Source: Psilocybe cubensis (Eukaryota). From it: a DNA stretch of 64,000 bases. Made by a program: the position numbers and the translations under genes. This document shows, piece after piece, positions 27,432 to 38,426 of this stretch; position 1 is the stretch's first letter, and every line of letters starts with the position of its first letter. The notes under the pieces were generated by a model. It searched no databases, was not told the origin of the DNA, and worked only from the letters and a program-made list of their open reading frames with translations. The stretch spans positions 806,001 to 870,000 of the forward strand of contig CM039003.1 of NCBI GenBank assembly GCA_017499595.2, read 5' to 3'.

Positions 27432-30224
27432 CTACAGAGAATCAGGCTCTAAAGTCAAGTCAATGATTTCCCAGGTACCAAAAGCAATGCCAGGATGAGC
27501 AGAAACATCCTGCTTGATAGGTTTTTGGCCTGGAGAATCCACGGTCAGGTCAATAATATCACCGCTGATAACAGCACGCTCTTTTCCTTTTGCAGAGCCA
27601 GTGAGGGTAATACTATCACTCTTCTCTTCTTTTATAGTAGGAGTAGATATTGCTGCATCCTTGGTGATAGCATGCTTGTCTTGCAAAAGTTGCATTACTT
27701 CTAGCATAGAAATCCGAAGATCTTCTTGAATGAGAAGTGTCACTGTTTCAGGAAAAAGCACCTCTTCAATAACTGAATCATAGGTGAGAGGCTGTAGAAT
27801 TGACATATCTATGTCTTCTGAATCTTCAGGAAACATTTCTCTTAGCTCAGAAATAATAAGAGCTTGTATCTCTGGACCATAGCTTTGTAGAAGATACAAA
27901 TTAGTAAATCTAGCCATCTAAGAGCAGTATAAAATTACTTACTAGGCAATGCAATCTAAAAGAAGTTGATTCTTTGATTTATCCGGAGTTTGACTGCAGC
28001 TAGCTTCAAAGGTTTTTCTGGAATTACAGAAAAACATGCTTTCTTCAGGGTCCATAAGAACGTAACAAAGTAATTCTTTATCACCCTGGATTTGATGACG
28101 GAGACTGGATATCTTTTCTTTGGTCAATAATCCACCATTGACATTAGACTGAGCTATATGAGGCAAGGAAATATGGGAAAGAGGGCTGACACGAGCACTA
28201 GGACTGATGTTTTCTGAAGAACTTGAGTCATCCAAGCTGTCTGAAGAGGAGGACTCAGAAAAGGTATCTGGAATATCCTGGGGGTTTTTTAAGGCAGCCT
28301 GTAATGACCTATATGTTGCCTGTTTCGAGTTGCCCATGTCCACAAAATAGCCAACAATATCTTTGTCATATGTTTTCCAATAAGATTTGTGTTCATAAAA
28401 TGTGGATTTGTGAAAAGAAGCATCTGGAAAAGCAGCATAGAAAGCATCTTTGACACTTATACGAGATCTTGGACGAATAGATAATGCAGATTTCTTGGAT
28501 GACTTCATATAAGGGTTGCTTCTAGAGGTTTGAGATTTGGATAGTGTTTCTTGCATTTGAAGAAATCCATTGTGAATTTGATAGACCTTGAAATCAAACG
28601 GCCACTGCTTTGTAGAGTTATGAGATTTCTTTAGAACCTTTGGTGGTGGTGGTAAGTTATGAGATTTCTTTAGAACTTTTGGTGGTGGGGGTAAATCACT
28701 GTCTGATGAATTTGGGGTTCTATATCCATGTGGGCGCTTCTTCCTAGGAATATGGATATGATTTGATAAAATTGGACTAGCAGACCGATTTCTTGAGGTA
28801 GAATGTGTAATTGTTAGAGAAGATGCTTCCTGTATTGCAGATTGACGAATAGGCGACACTAATGTGGTGTGTTGTTGGGCTAACAAAGCTTGTGATGTCT
28901 TTGGTTGTAGTTTGAGCTCATCTTCAATTCCAGGACAGTGCTCTAATGTTTCTCTAAGGCTTGGACGGATTTTTAAAATCAGTCTTTGGCCCTTTTCAAC
29001 AGTAAGAACACTTTCCATGGTGAGAGTTACCCATTCTCCTTTCCAGTAATCCAGTTTGGTTGTTGGCTGAAGCTCCAAGTTTTTCATTAACTCAGCAGAG
29101 TCTGACAAGCGAAAATGGGGAAAGGATTGTATATAATATTCAAGCCTAATAGGAGGCTGTCCATTCTAGAAGAATATTATTAACTGCTTGAATATAAACA
29201 AGAATATGAACTCACAGTGTGATATACAACCAAAATACATGTTCTTTTTCGTTGTTCATCCATTTCATGTTGTTTAACTTTTAGAGATTTGAGGTTTCGG
29301 GTATGACTAAGTAATCCTGTTCGCTTTTGTGCCCATGTACCTCCTACAGGTTGAGCCAGGCCTCTTGGAATAACCTGTCCAAGTCCGAACTGAGTAGCAG
29401 GTGGTGTAGAAATAACCATATCCTGGTTTGGGGATTGATTTGGAGAGACCTGAGAAGCAGAAATATTGAAAGGGCTCGGTGGTGGTGAGATAGAAATGTT
29501 TTGGGTAACAGATTGGGTAGAAAGAGGAGGAAGAGGAGGAGAATGAACTTGAGAGATTCTTTCTGGAGAAGCAGGAGTTGAAATATCAGGAGCATAAGGT
29601 ACATTTTCGGGCTGGCGATGGGCATGACATGCCTTTCTAAAAGCTTGCTTAGAAATGGCATCTTTGCAAGCTTTGGTACAACAGGTCTTGCATTTATTTT
29701 CAATGCAAGTTCTACTCCCTTGAGTTCGGGTTCCTGACTTTGTAAAGCATGTAGAAACTGTGCAGAGTAGTTTATCTGATATTGGAATAGGAATAACACC
29801 AGTAGAGTTGGACTGAGCTCGTCTTTGTTGAGTCTGATTTGGCTGAGAAGAAGAATGATTGGCAGTGTTTGAAATGGAAATATAAGGTCTAAGAGTGCGA
29901 GGATAGCCCTGTGGATCATCAGGAAAATTAATTCGGTGCAAAAGACGTTGGGCATCCTCATATATATATGCAGGAGTATGATGATAGGTGTACAAACACC
30001 TATAATCAGAACACTAGACAATTAATTAGACTTGCACAATAAGCTAAGTTAATAACACATACAGTTTGACAGAGAGATCCTTTCAAATGCCTCTTGGAAG
30101 GAGATCCAGTAGCTTTGTATATAGCTATAGGTGGCATAGGTCTTCCACATGGGCGGTTGGATCTTCCTGGACAAAGACCAATAGGTGATATAGTAGGATC
30201 AGGAGGTAGGTTATCTGGGTTCAT
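27432..30224 (-). CDS. Transposon partner protein with Cys-rich N-terminal clusters and a C-terminal RTC4-like domain (4 exons)
   Basis: Exons join in frame (CQT|CSDYRC, VVYHT|NGQPP, CIAY|YGPE). Cys cluster CTVSTC...CIENKCKTCCTKAC...CHAH. Motif WPFDF...GF...STFYEHKSYW. C-terminal YYGP...PLTYDSVIEEVLFPETVTLLIQEDL resembles the RTC4 domain. Confidence 0.7.
28616..28693. repeat. 39-bp tandem duplication encoding LPPPPKVLKKSHN twice
   Basis: AGTTATGAGATTTCTTTAGAAC(C/T)TTTGGTGGTGG(T/G)GGTA occurs twice in tandem. Confidence 0.9.
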
Positions 30225-30618
30225 TGCTAAAACTATGCTCTAAAACTCAAGAACTTGTGCCAAATTTATAGATTTTCGGTTGTCATATTACATATATCTC
30301 CCTATAGAGAGCTACATAGTATGTCAATGCAGAGATTTCTAGCTTTGGCGCTACAAAGCGCGTCTAAACACGAGTGGCTGCGTTGGGCCAGCCACAATAT
30401 CCAAAAATGGAAAAGAAGCCGCAATAAGCCGGCCCAATTCTCACGTGTTTGGCAGTAGTGTCAAGTGGCAACAACAATGCGTGCGCCGTGTAGCGCATCA
30501 AGCGGCGGGGCATTGTTGGAAAGCATTGAGCTCGCTGCCTCGAACAGTGACCATGCAAGTGGGCCCCCGACGTGGCCCGGAGGTCACACTATGGTCACAA
30601 ATACCCACGATACACCCA

Positions 30619-30652
30619 GAGTCCGGCGGACTGTCCGCCAGACTGTCCGCGC
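30619..30652. repeat. Right subterminal array of quasi-palindromic units
   Basis: GAGTCCGGCGGACTGTCCGCCAGACTGTCCGCGC, ending 28 nt before the element end. Confidence 0.9.
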
Positions 30653-30680
30653 GAAAAAAACTCGTGGACGAACCTTTCTG

Positions 30681-30688
30681 TTGTAACC
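30681..30688. repeat. Right 8-bp target-site duplication TTGTAACC
   Basis: Identical to 22395-22402. Confidence 0.85.
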
Positions 30689-30819
30689 TTGTGCTGAGCT
30701 CCGAAACAGTGAAATGAGCCCATGTGATGACAACTGAATTACCATCTGCCAAAGGGGCCCCTATAGGCACTGACAAATCTCATACCACAAACGACTGACA
30801 CTTCATACTTATGCGACCA

Positions 30820-33666
30820 CTACAGCTTGGACTTGACCTTCCGGAGCTCCCTTGCTTGTTCACGCAAAACACGTCGAAGTAACTTTCCGCTCGGGGTGGT
30901 CGGAATGCTTGAGACAAATTCCACGCCGCCTGCCAAATGCTTATATTGTGTTTTGTGGGTTTTGACGTGCTGGACGAGACATATGATTAGACGAAAAGAA
31001 CCTTGTTGCGTTTCGGACGGACATTCTTACCTTAATGATAGATGCCTTGATTTCATCTGCAGCTGTCTTGCTCATTTTCGCTCTATTCGCGGCGTCTACT
31101 GTCAACGTAACAAATGCAAGTGGAATCTCTCCGCCTCATCATTATGGTCAGAATTATTATTAACACGCATGAACAAATTGCTCACTGTAATCATCTGGAA
31201 CCCCAACAACGCAGGTACCAGACACGTCGGGATGATCCAAAATACATCCTTCGAGTTCCGCTGGAGCAACCTGAAATCCTTTCACCTGATTGACATGGAT
31301 GTCAGGATCTATCCGCCCGGCATTTAATATTACATACCTTCAAAAACTCCTGATAGTTAACATAGTCAGTGTGAATTTCGTCCCAACCAAGGAAAATCAC
31401 ACCTTCAACCGATCAATCACCATCATCTCTCCGTCTTCTCCGATTTTTACCAAATCACCTGTCCTTACCCAACTGAAATGCAAAAGACTATTCAGATTCA
31501 TTTTATTGCCGTACGGAAAATTGTATATACCCATCGACAAACGTTTCTTTTGTTCTGGGAAAAAGAATAGAGAAAGTCAAAGTCGACGCCAACAATGACA
31601 ACGGAGTGCTCACGCTTCATGGTTGTTTAGGTACCCCAATGCAACTGAAGGAGTTTTTATGACCAATTCACCAGCTTCGTCGAAACCGGCCAAAGACCCA
31701 TCGCTTTTGACTACCCGGGCCACCATTCCAGGGATAAGTTGACCACTGCCTAGGTTTACACAATTTAGCCCATTACGTGACAGGTAAGTATTGTGAGCCT
31801 TACTTCCAGCGACTCCTCTTTTCTGCGTGGTGGGCCACAAAGTGGTGATTGTTGCGGTTTCGGTCGTTCCTTCATATGGTGTTCCAATAGTTTGAGGATT
31901 AAGCATACACAGTCACGTACCATGTCCTTGACCGATTTGGGCATCAGGGAACATTTCGAAGAGTCGTTGATTCAGCTCATGAGAGAGGGGAGCTGCTCCG
32001 CACATTATCACTCGAATATACCTGCGAAGGTTGTAATCCTTGACGGCAGGATGCTGAAAGATATAATCCAACGTTCAGTATCGACATATGCTTCAAAAAC
32101 CTTATGGATACCTTGCATAATAAGACCACTTGAGGAGGTACAAGCCTATAGAAAGGTTATCAAATTTTTCAAAGAAAGCTAGAAAGAAAATACATAAGGT
32201 GAGTAATTCGATGGCGCTCGATGCTTTTGAGGAACTCGATGAAGTTAAATGTCGGAAACACGACCAAAGACATCTGGTTGATTCGTTCGTTTCTCTGTCA
32301 CAATAAATGAAGTTGAAATCTCGAATTTGACATACCCCAAAAAACAATGTATAATGAAGCTGCAATGATCACACCCATTAACGAGCTGAACAAGACCTAA
32401 AGGGAACAAAATTACGTTCATGGCAAGGCCATACATATCTGTAGTATAGTGTTAGTTTACATACAAGGCATCAAGGTCTCTGTAAGATTTCACATACGAT
32501 AAAACGGGAGTACTGGTAGTAGTGTGAGTCATCTACGCCTTCAACACTTAGGAAATTAAACTAACCTGCACTAGCCACATCTCCAGGTCTGTATCGTTGG
32601 TCCTTCCAATCACAATAATTTTGATTGAGTTTATTATGAGCAGCCACCTGGATAGTATTCGCAATTATTGAATAATGAGGTATAGCTACGGCCTAAAGTT
32701 TCAAAGCTCAGTCATAAACCGTCTATTTTCAGAGTATTAACTCCACCTTTGGGCGGCCTGTTGTACCGGATGAAAAAGAGAGAAATGCAAGTTTGGTTTT
32801 GGCTTCTCCAGGAGCAAAGGTTCGTTCCGTGAATGCGAGGTTACTTCTTAAACCCAGTTCAACAAGGCTATCGACTGTTTCGTGACCCTCGGAGGGCTTT
32901 TCAGTGCCATCATTCGCACTGAACAAGATTATTCGGTCTGAAGGCAACCCGGCTTGCTTTGCAACCTCGAGTGCAACATCCAGGGAGTCGGGATGAACAA
33001 TCATGAGAGATGCCTTTGTTTCATGAAATTGATACAGCAATTCGCTGCTCAGGAAATCAGGATTTGCTCCTCTACAAAAGTCGGATTTTAGAGCCGTTAG
33101 AGGTAGATGATTAGCTGTGGGACGTACGATATAATCCCTCCAAGCTTCAGTACCGCCCAAATCGCAACAGGATAATCTAAATATACCAACGTAAGATGTT
33201 AGCTCAGGGGAAAAGGATGTACATACCCATCTGATTACGACAGTATAAAAGAACTGTGGAACGAACGCATCGTTGTCATGTATAATAGTCAACTACAGAT
33301 GATAGGGATTAACCCACCAACTTCGTCTTCTCCTGCTCTTCGTTTTAATTAAAAATTTCACAGATACCAATGGCGTAGACAACACACCTAGACCAAACCT
33401 GGATTTCAACCCACGCGCAAGTGAATCCGTTCTAAACCGCAACTGACGCACGAAAGGGGTCAAACAAATAGGTAGACATAGACCTAGTATTGTTATCCTA
33501 CCTCCCCTTCCGTGAAAGTCTTCCCAGTTTTATCGTGAATTAGCCAAGGAACACCATTTCGTCTGCCCGGACGCATTGGATGATTAGTCTCAAACATAAA
33601 TTGAGGGATCGTGACATCGTCAGGAATGTAGGGCAGTTCTATTCCTTCAATTGGATACCGTTCCAT
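30820..33666 (-). CDS. 4-coumarate:CoA-ligase-like AMP-binding enzyme 3, PTS1 (SKL)
   Basis: LPYIPDDVTIPQF, FLSFSSGTTGRPK, WVRTGDLV, VKGFQVAPAELE, IPTTPSGKLLRRVLR, C-terminus ...KVKSKL* (TAG 30820-30822). Confidence 0.9.
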
Positions 33667-35354
33667 GGTTGGTTGCCAGTGTAATGAGCTCGGAAACACG
33701 AATGAGATGCGATGAATTCCGTTGAACCTGAGCGTTTGTAATATATAGCAGATTTTGCGAAATTAGCGACTGATTACCTACAGTAGTACTCCGATATCAT
33801 GCCACGGCAGTGGAGTCGTTATGCCCGTCTTACGCTACATTAGGATATAGCCGATACATATGTGCGACACTCCGAGATACTTCGATGACTAATGCCGTCG
33901 AAGTCATTCGCGTCGATGTGTTCATACAAGAATTCAAGCAGGGTTACAGTGCGAAGTTTGAACAATTAGAACGCTTCATAGAAGCGAGAAACCACTGATT
34001 GGCAGGAAGCGTCTGCGCGACTTGGGCTATGAAGCAGCGTACAAGGTTAAGGGGAAGGTTCGAGCTCGAATGACAATTGCAACTTTGCAAGCTGTATTCG
34101 TTGCTTTCGCCTTGCACTTTCCTATATTGGTATCTCTTCTTCCGAATATTGCAACACAGTTTCAAATTTGGGATGTGCCGGTTACAAGTAACCTCCATTG
34201 CAAAACCAGGTTAACGGAGAGGAGGATGATGACGATGGTCGTAACGACCCGAGTTCAATAAATCTGCAGTGCAGATGCCATTAAATACGACGGCGAAGTC
34301 GGTGGTATAGGTGATCAGCCTATAAAGCTTACAGCGCAGATAGCCTATGAAGAGGTTTGTTAGAGAAACCAGCTCGATTTGTGTAATTCAAAGGAGGATT
34401 TCTACTGGTGATTTGGTCGCTGACCCGGTGCCACCGATTTCGCTTGGTAGAATAGACAGAGGGTAGAATTAAGTCCTTGATATACTAGCTCAAAAAAAAA
34501 ACCGTAGATAGATCGTATATTTCTACATCGTTTCTATATCCACTTTACTCTAAACATGATGAATAGAAGGTGGTAATAATGCGGTAACGGATTCTCACCT
34601 TATCAAATGCGATATAATCCTCTATGGGTTTTGCTTTGTCGGATATTGTGTTGGGATAATACCTGGTAAACGGTGGCGCATTGTACATCTAGCAGAAACA
34701 CACACAATGGATCAGAGCACGCACCATGCGACGTCCTTGAAAACCTTCCCTTCGATCACAGCGTTGTAGTAAGAGGCCGTCCTGGTGATTCGCAATTTGT
34801 CAAGATGATTCGCAGGATTGCCTCACGAAGAAGCCACATACCCTTTCCATGGACATACCGTAGTCGTATCTGAAGGGGTGAGAATCGTTTTCCTCACAAA
34901 TGCACGTGGAAAGTAGTGATTCCCTTCTATAAGGATAGTTTCATTTGATTCCGCAAGGAGACGGCCATAAAGTGATACGCGAATCATGGTTTAATTCGTT
35001 TAAAGTGATAGTCGTGATGAGAGTTGCGAGCAATGTGCGAATAATCCTCCATCGACATGTTTCAGAGAAAAGTCTTACCGATTTGACTAATGATTATTGA
35101 GGTAGGATCGAAACAGATAAAAATGGAAAGGCACCCTCTGGCCTCGTGATCGAAGTAGAATCGCGCCGGTGATTGGGTTTCGAGATCGTTCATAAATCTG
35201 TTGGAATATGGTGTTAAATGTGCAAAATAGGCGTTATTTGATACGACCCGAGAAATCGTATAAAACTGCCGGAGAATATAACAAAGTCCAACTCAACTTA
35301 TGTTCACGGTAAAGCTATTAAAACACATACCATAAAAACCATTGGTGATATCAC

Positions 35355-36182
35355 TCAAAGGAGCCGCTTTGGGGTTGTCAGTCTAGTCCAAAGGCAGTCT
35401 TCTTTTCTTGCCCTTCCACACCATAGCACAAATTCTCCTGGTTCTTGGTATCCGAAGTATACGACTCTTAATCTCTGGTCGAGTTCCATAATCATCGTCG
35501 TCCGCATATCCACCGGTTCCTCTGCCCAAAAGAAAGTTGTGACAACAATTTGAACGAGGTTTGCCAGCCCATGAATTCCGACTAAATGGTCAAGCAAAGA
35601 CGAAGCTGTTATTTGATGACCGGAATAGGAATAGTGAGTCAATGAAGGAAATAGTTGGGCGTTAAAGTCGGGCGTTAACTGTTCGTGTAATCGAAGGTGT
35701 GTGATCTGATGGCAAAGTTCAAAGCCGTATTGCTGAGTGATTCGTTGGAGATGGGCCCACGCATTATAGTTATCGAATAGAGTAAGCTCGACAAGCCTCC
35801 TGTGACGATTTTTGCCAGAGCATATGGAATATAAAATGGCCTTGGAGCAGGCTAGTGACACCACGTTGGTACATTCTTGAGCGACCGCAATACAGATACT
35901 TGAGAACCCGTTGAGCCAAAGATAGCGAACGCAACCGGCAAGCCCGGGTTCGCTACTGATAAACCGGAAAAATGACAGCGCTGTATTCGTATTCAAACGG
36001 ATCGGAATATATGGTAGCCTTTCGTATTTTACCAGCCGGTGGAGGCGTTTGCACACCAGAAGTAAGGAACGATACATGGACTGGGACCCGCAAGCCAGAG
36101 CAAAGATATCAATGAGGAGCTCATTGGGTAGAAATTCTAATCCACTTATATCTGGAGTCCTTGTCGACAGAGAGTCCGTCAT
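35355..36182 (-). CDS. Single-exon F-box-like protein (275 aa)
   Basis: N-terminal LPNELLIDIF...LLLVCKRLHRLV F-box-like pattern, followed by LRR-like ITHLRL/FPSLTH segments. Confidence 0.6.
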   Translation of the reverse strand: MTDSLSTRTPDISGLEFLPNELLIDIFALACGSQSMYRSLLLVCKRLHRLVKYERLPYIPIRLNTNTALSFFRFISSEPGLAGCVRYLWLNGFSSICIAVAQECTNVVSLACSKAILYSICSGKNRHRRLVELTLFDNYNAWAHLQRITQQYGFELCHQITHLRLHEQLTPDFNAQLFPSLTHYSYSGHQITASSLLDHLVGIHGLANLVQIVVTTFFWAEEPVDMRTTMIMELDQRLRVVYFGYQEPGEFVLWCGRARKEDCLWTRLTTPKRLL

Positions 36183-36701
36183 TCAAAGTTGGAAGGAGTG
36201 TATGTACAGGTCGAGAGACAGTGCGGGCGATGTGGTGAACTGGCACTGGTCCAGGCGAACATTGTCAACACTCCTGTCAACCACCAGGGTAAATTTACAT
36301 TGCGGCAAATTCCGGTATAAACTTTAATTTTAATGCCCTCAGAAGTAAATATGACCAAATACATTCTATGATGATGTGATCGCTTACATCATGAGTCATT
36401 GGCTCAACCCAAACTTAGGGGCCTCTTGCTGTTCAGTTAATCTTAGCTTGACTCTGTACCGGCAAAGTTCCCACTGCAGTCTGCATCTCTTCTGGCAACA
36501 AGCCACATCCAACTCCTCGCACTCTACTCTATCAGTTCCTGAACGTGGCCCATCTGAACCAGCGGTGTCTCTAGGCCGTCACTTGCAGTATTAGTAAATC
36601 ATTGTGAATATTCCACTCATCGACTCAACAAAACTCGAGAGCTCAGCGAGCTGCTCTAGATTCTGTGAACATATCTGTCTTGATCAAGATAAAGACCTGG
36701 C

Positions 36702-38426
36702 ATGACTCTCTTCAGAGGTACCTTCGTGCATAGTCCTCGATTGGATTATCTTGAAATATTGCACGATCACATCATAGGTAGACATCGTAAGTGCCACCCC
36801 TTGTTGTCACTGTTGGAAAATGCATCTCTAATCCTCCACGGACTCAGATATTATTATCATTTCCCACTTCTATTTATGCAATGTTTTTCTGAGAATTGGA
36901 CGGTCATGGGATTATCAAAGCTTTGGCACCTGTGAACACACCAGAAGCTAAAAGTATCGTCCAAAAATACTCTCGGGAGGACATTGTAGTTCTCCCACAA
37001 GGAAGCTTCTTTCTGCCAACTTTCTGTGACATACATCTCCATGCACCCCAATTTTTGTATCAAGGAACGGGATTGGACCTCCCGCTGATGCAATGGCTCG
37101 ATACGTATGCGCTCAAGGCGGAGGCGCGCATGGATGACGATCCCGCCCTGGCGCGCAAAGTTTACACACGCCTTGCTCAGCGTTTGATCGAAAATGGAAC
37201 TGGCACCTCTCTCCTTTTTGGAACTATCAAAGAGGAAACCAAGTACGTACTGAATTTCGTCGATTGGAATTTCTACTTACTACAATCAATATAAAACATA
37301 ACATTTGACTTGGATAGTTTGATCCTTGCGGAATGCATGCAATCTGCCGGGTGTCGCGCCTTCGTCGGCAAGCTTTCGATGGATATTGATATTACCTCTC
37401 CCGACTCGAAAACAATCACGTATGTCGAGCCATCAGCATCAGCCTCTCTCGGCGCCGCTCAGTCGTTTATCAACCATTGCCATGGGCTTGTATCACATCT
37501 TCACGAGTCGCAGCGGCTGGTGGAGCCAGTGCTTACCCCGCGCTTTGTCCCGACATGCACCGACGAGTTGCTAAAGGGGCTAGGGGAAATATCACGCACA
37601 GAGGGAGTTAAAATTCAAAGCCATCTGGCGGAAGCGAAAGATCAAGTTGAATGGGTGCGCGCAGAACGTGGGATAGAGGACATCGACGTATTCGACAAGG
37701 TAAGTCAATCAATGCGCTCGCTCATATTCTGATGACGAACAAAACCTTCAAATATAGCACAATCTACTCACACCGAGAACGGTGCAAGCTCACTGTACTT
37801 TCCTTACCGCACCGGATTTTGCTCGAATCTCCGAGAGTGGAACAGCGATTGCGCACTGTCCATTGTCGAATGCATATTTTTCTGCAAAGCCCTTTCCACT
37901 ACGAGAGGCACTAGATGCACAGGTAACAGTCGGGCTTGGAACTGATGTGGCTGGCGGATATAGCCTAGACATGATGAGCTCAATGCGACATGCTGTTGCT
38001 GTCTCACGAATGCGTGAAGGCGACCGCGTCATGAAATCTGACGGCAATGCGAACGTTGATTCACGGAATTTCGTGATTGATTGGAAGGAATCTCTATATC
38101 TTGCGACCAGAGGCGGTTCTCTTGCACTAGGTCTCCAGGGATTCTTCCGCGTCGGAGGTCCGTTTGATGCTCAAGAAAGTAAGTCGCTATGTCATTTACG
38201 TTCTGACGCGATTCTCAACTTTCCAGTTCGAATATACGATCCTGTCTCGGGAAGTGGAATTGGCCCTCTTGATTATTTTGATCTGGAGAGTCAATTTAGC
38301 GATCAGCGATCAGGTCCATCTAGCTCGCTGTTAACAGTCGAAGAAATTGAAAAATGGTGGTGCATTGGGGACTTAAGAAACCGCGGGGCGGTCTGGATAC
38401 AGGGAAAGAAGGTGCGGTCGACATGA
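36702..38426 (+). CDS. GUD1: Guanine deaminase (amidohydrolase superfamily)
   Basis: FRGTFVHS, PTFCDIHLHAPQF, LDLPLMQWL, TPRFVPTCT, IQSHLAE, QAHC, AHCPLSN, VGLGTDVAGG. Confidence 0.9.

Larger units (their letters stand above)
22403..30680. mobile_element. KDZ (Kyakuja-Dileera-Zisupton)-class DNA transposon, 8278 bp, with cargo
   Basis: Identical TTGTAACC flanks at 22395-22402 and 30681-30688. GGACTGTCCGCC-type subterminal arrays start exactly 28 nt inside each end. Encodes a CxC5/CxC6 KDZ-type transposase. Confidence 0.88.

Noticed and set aside
29344-30021. 225-aa Leu-rich minus-strand ORF
   Set aside because: It is an overlapping alternative frame of the partner gene; the Cys-cluster frame is the one that splices in frame.
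7822-33666. Fungal bioluminescence/hispidin cluster (4CL-like genes plus a FAD monooxygenase resembling H3H)
   Set aside because: No luciferase, hispidin-synthase PKS or caffeoylpyruvate hydrolase motifs are visible, and the monooxygenase is a truncated fragment inside a transposon.
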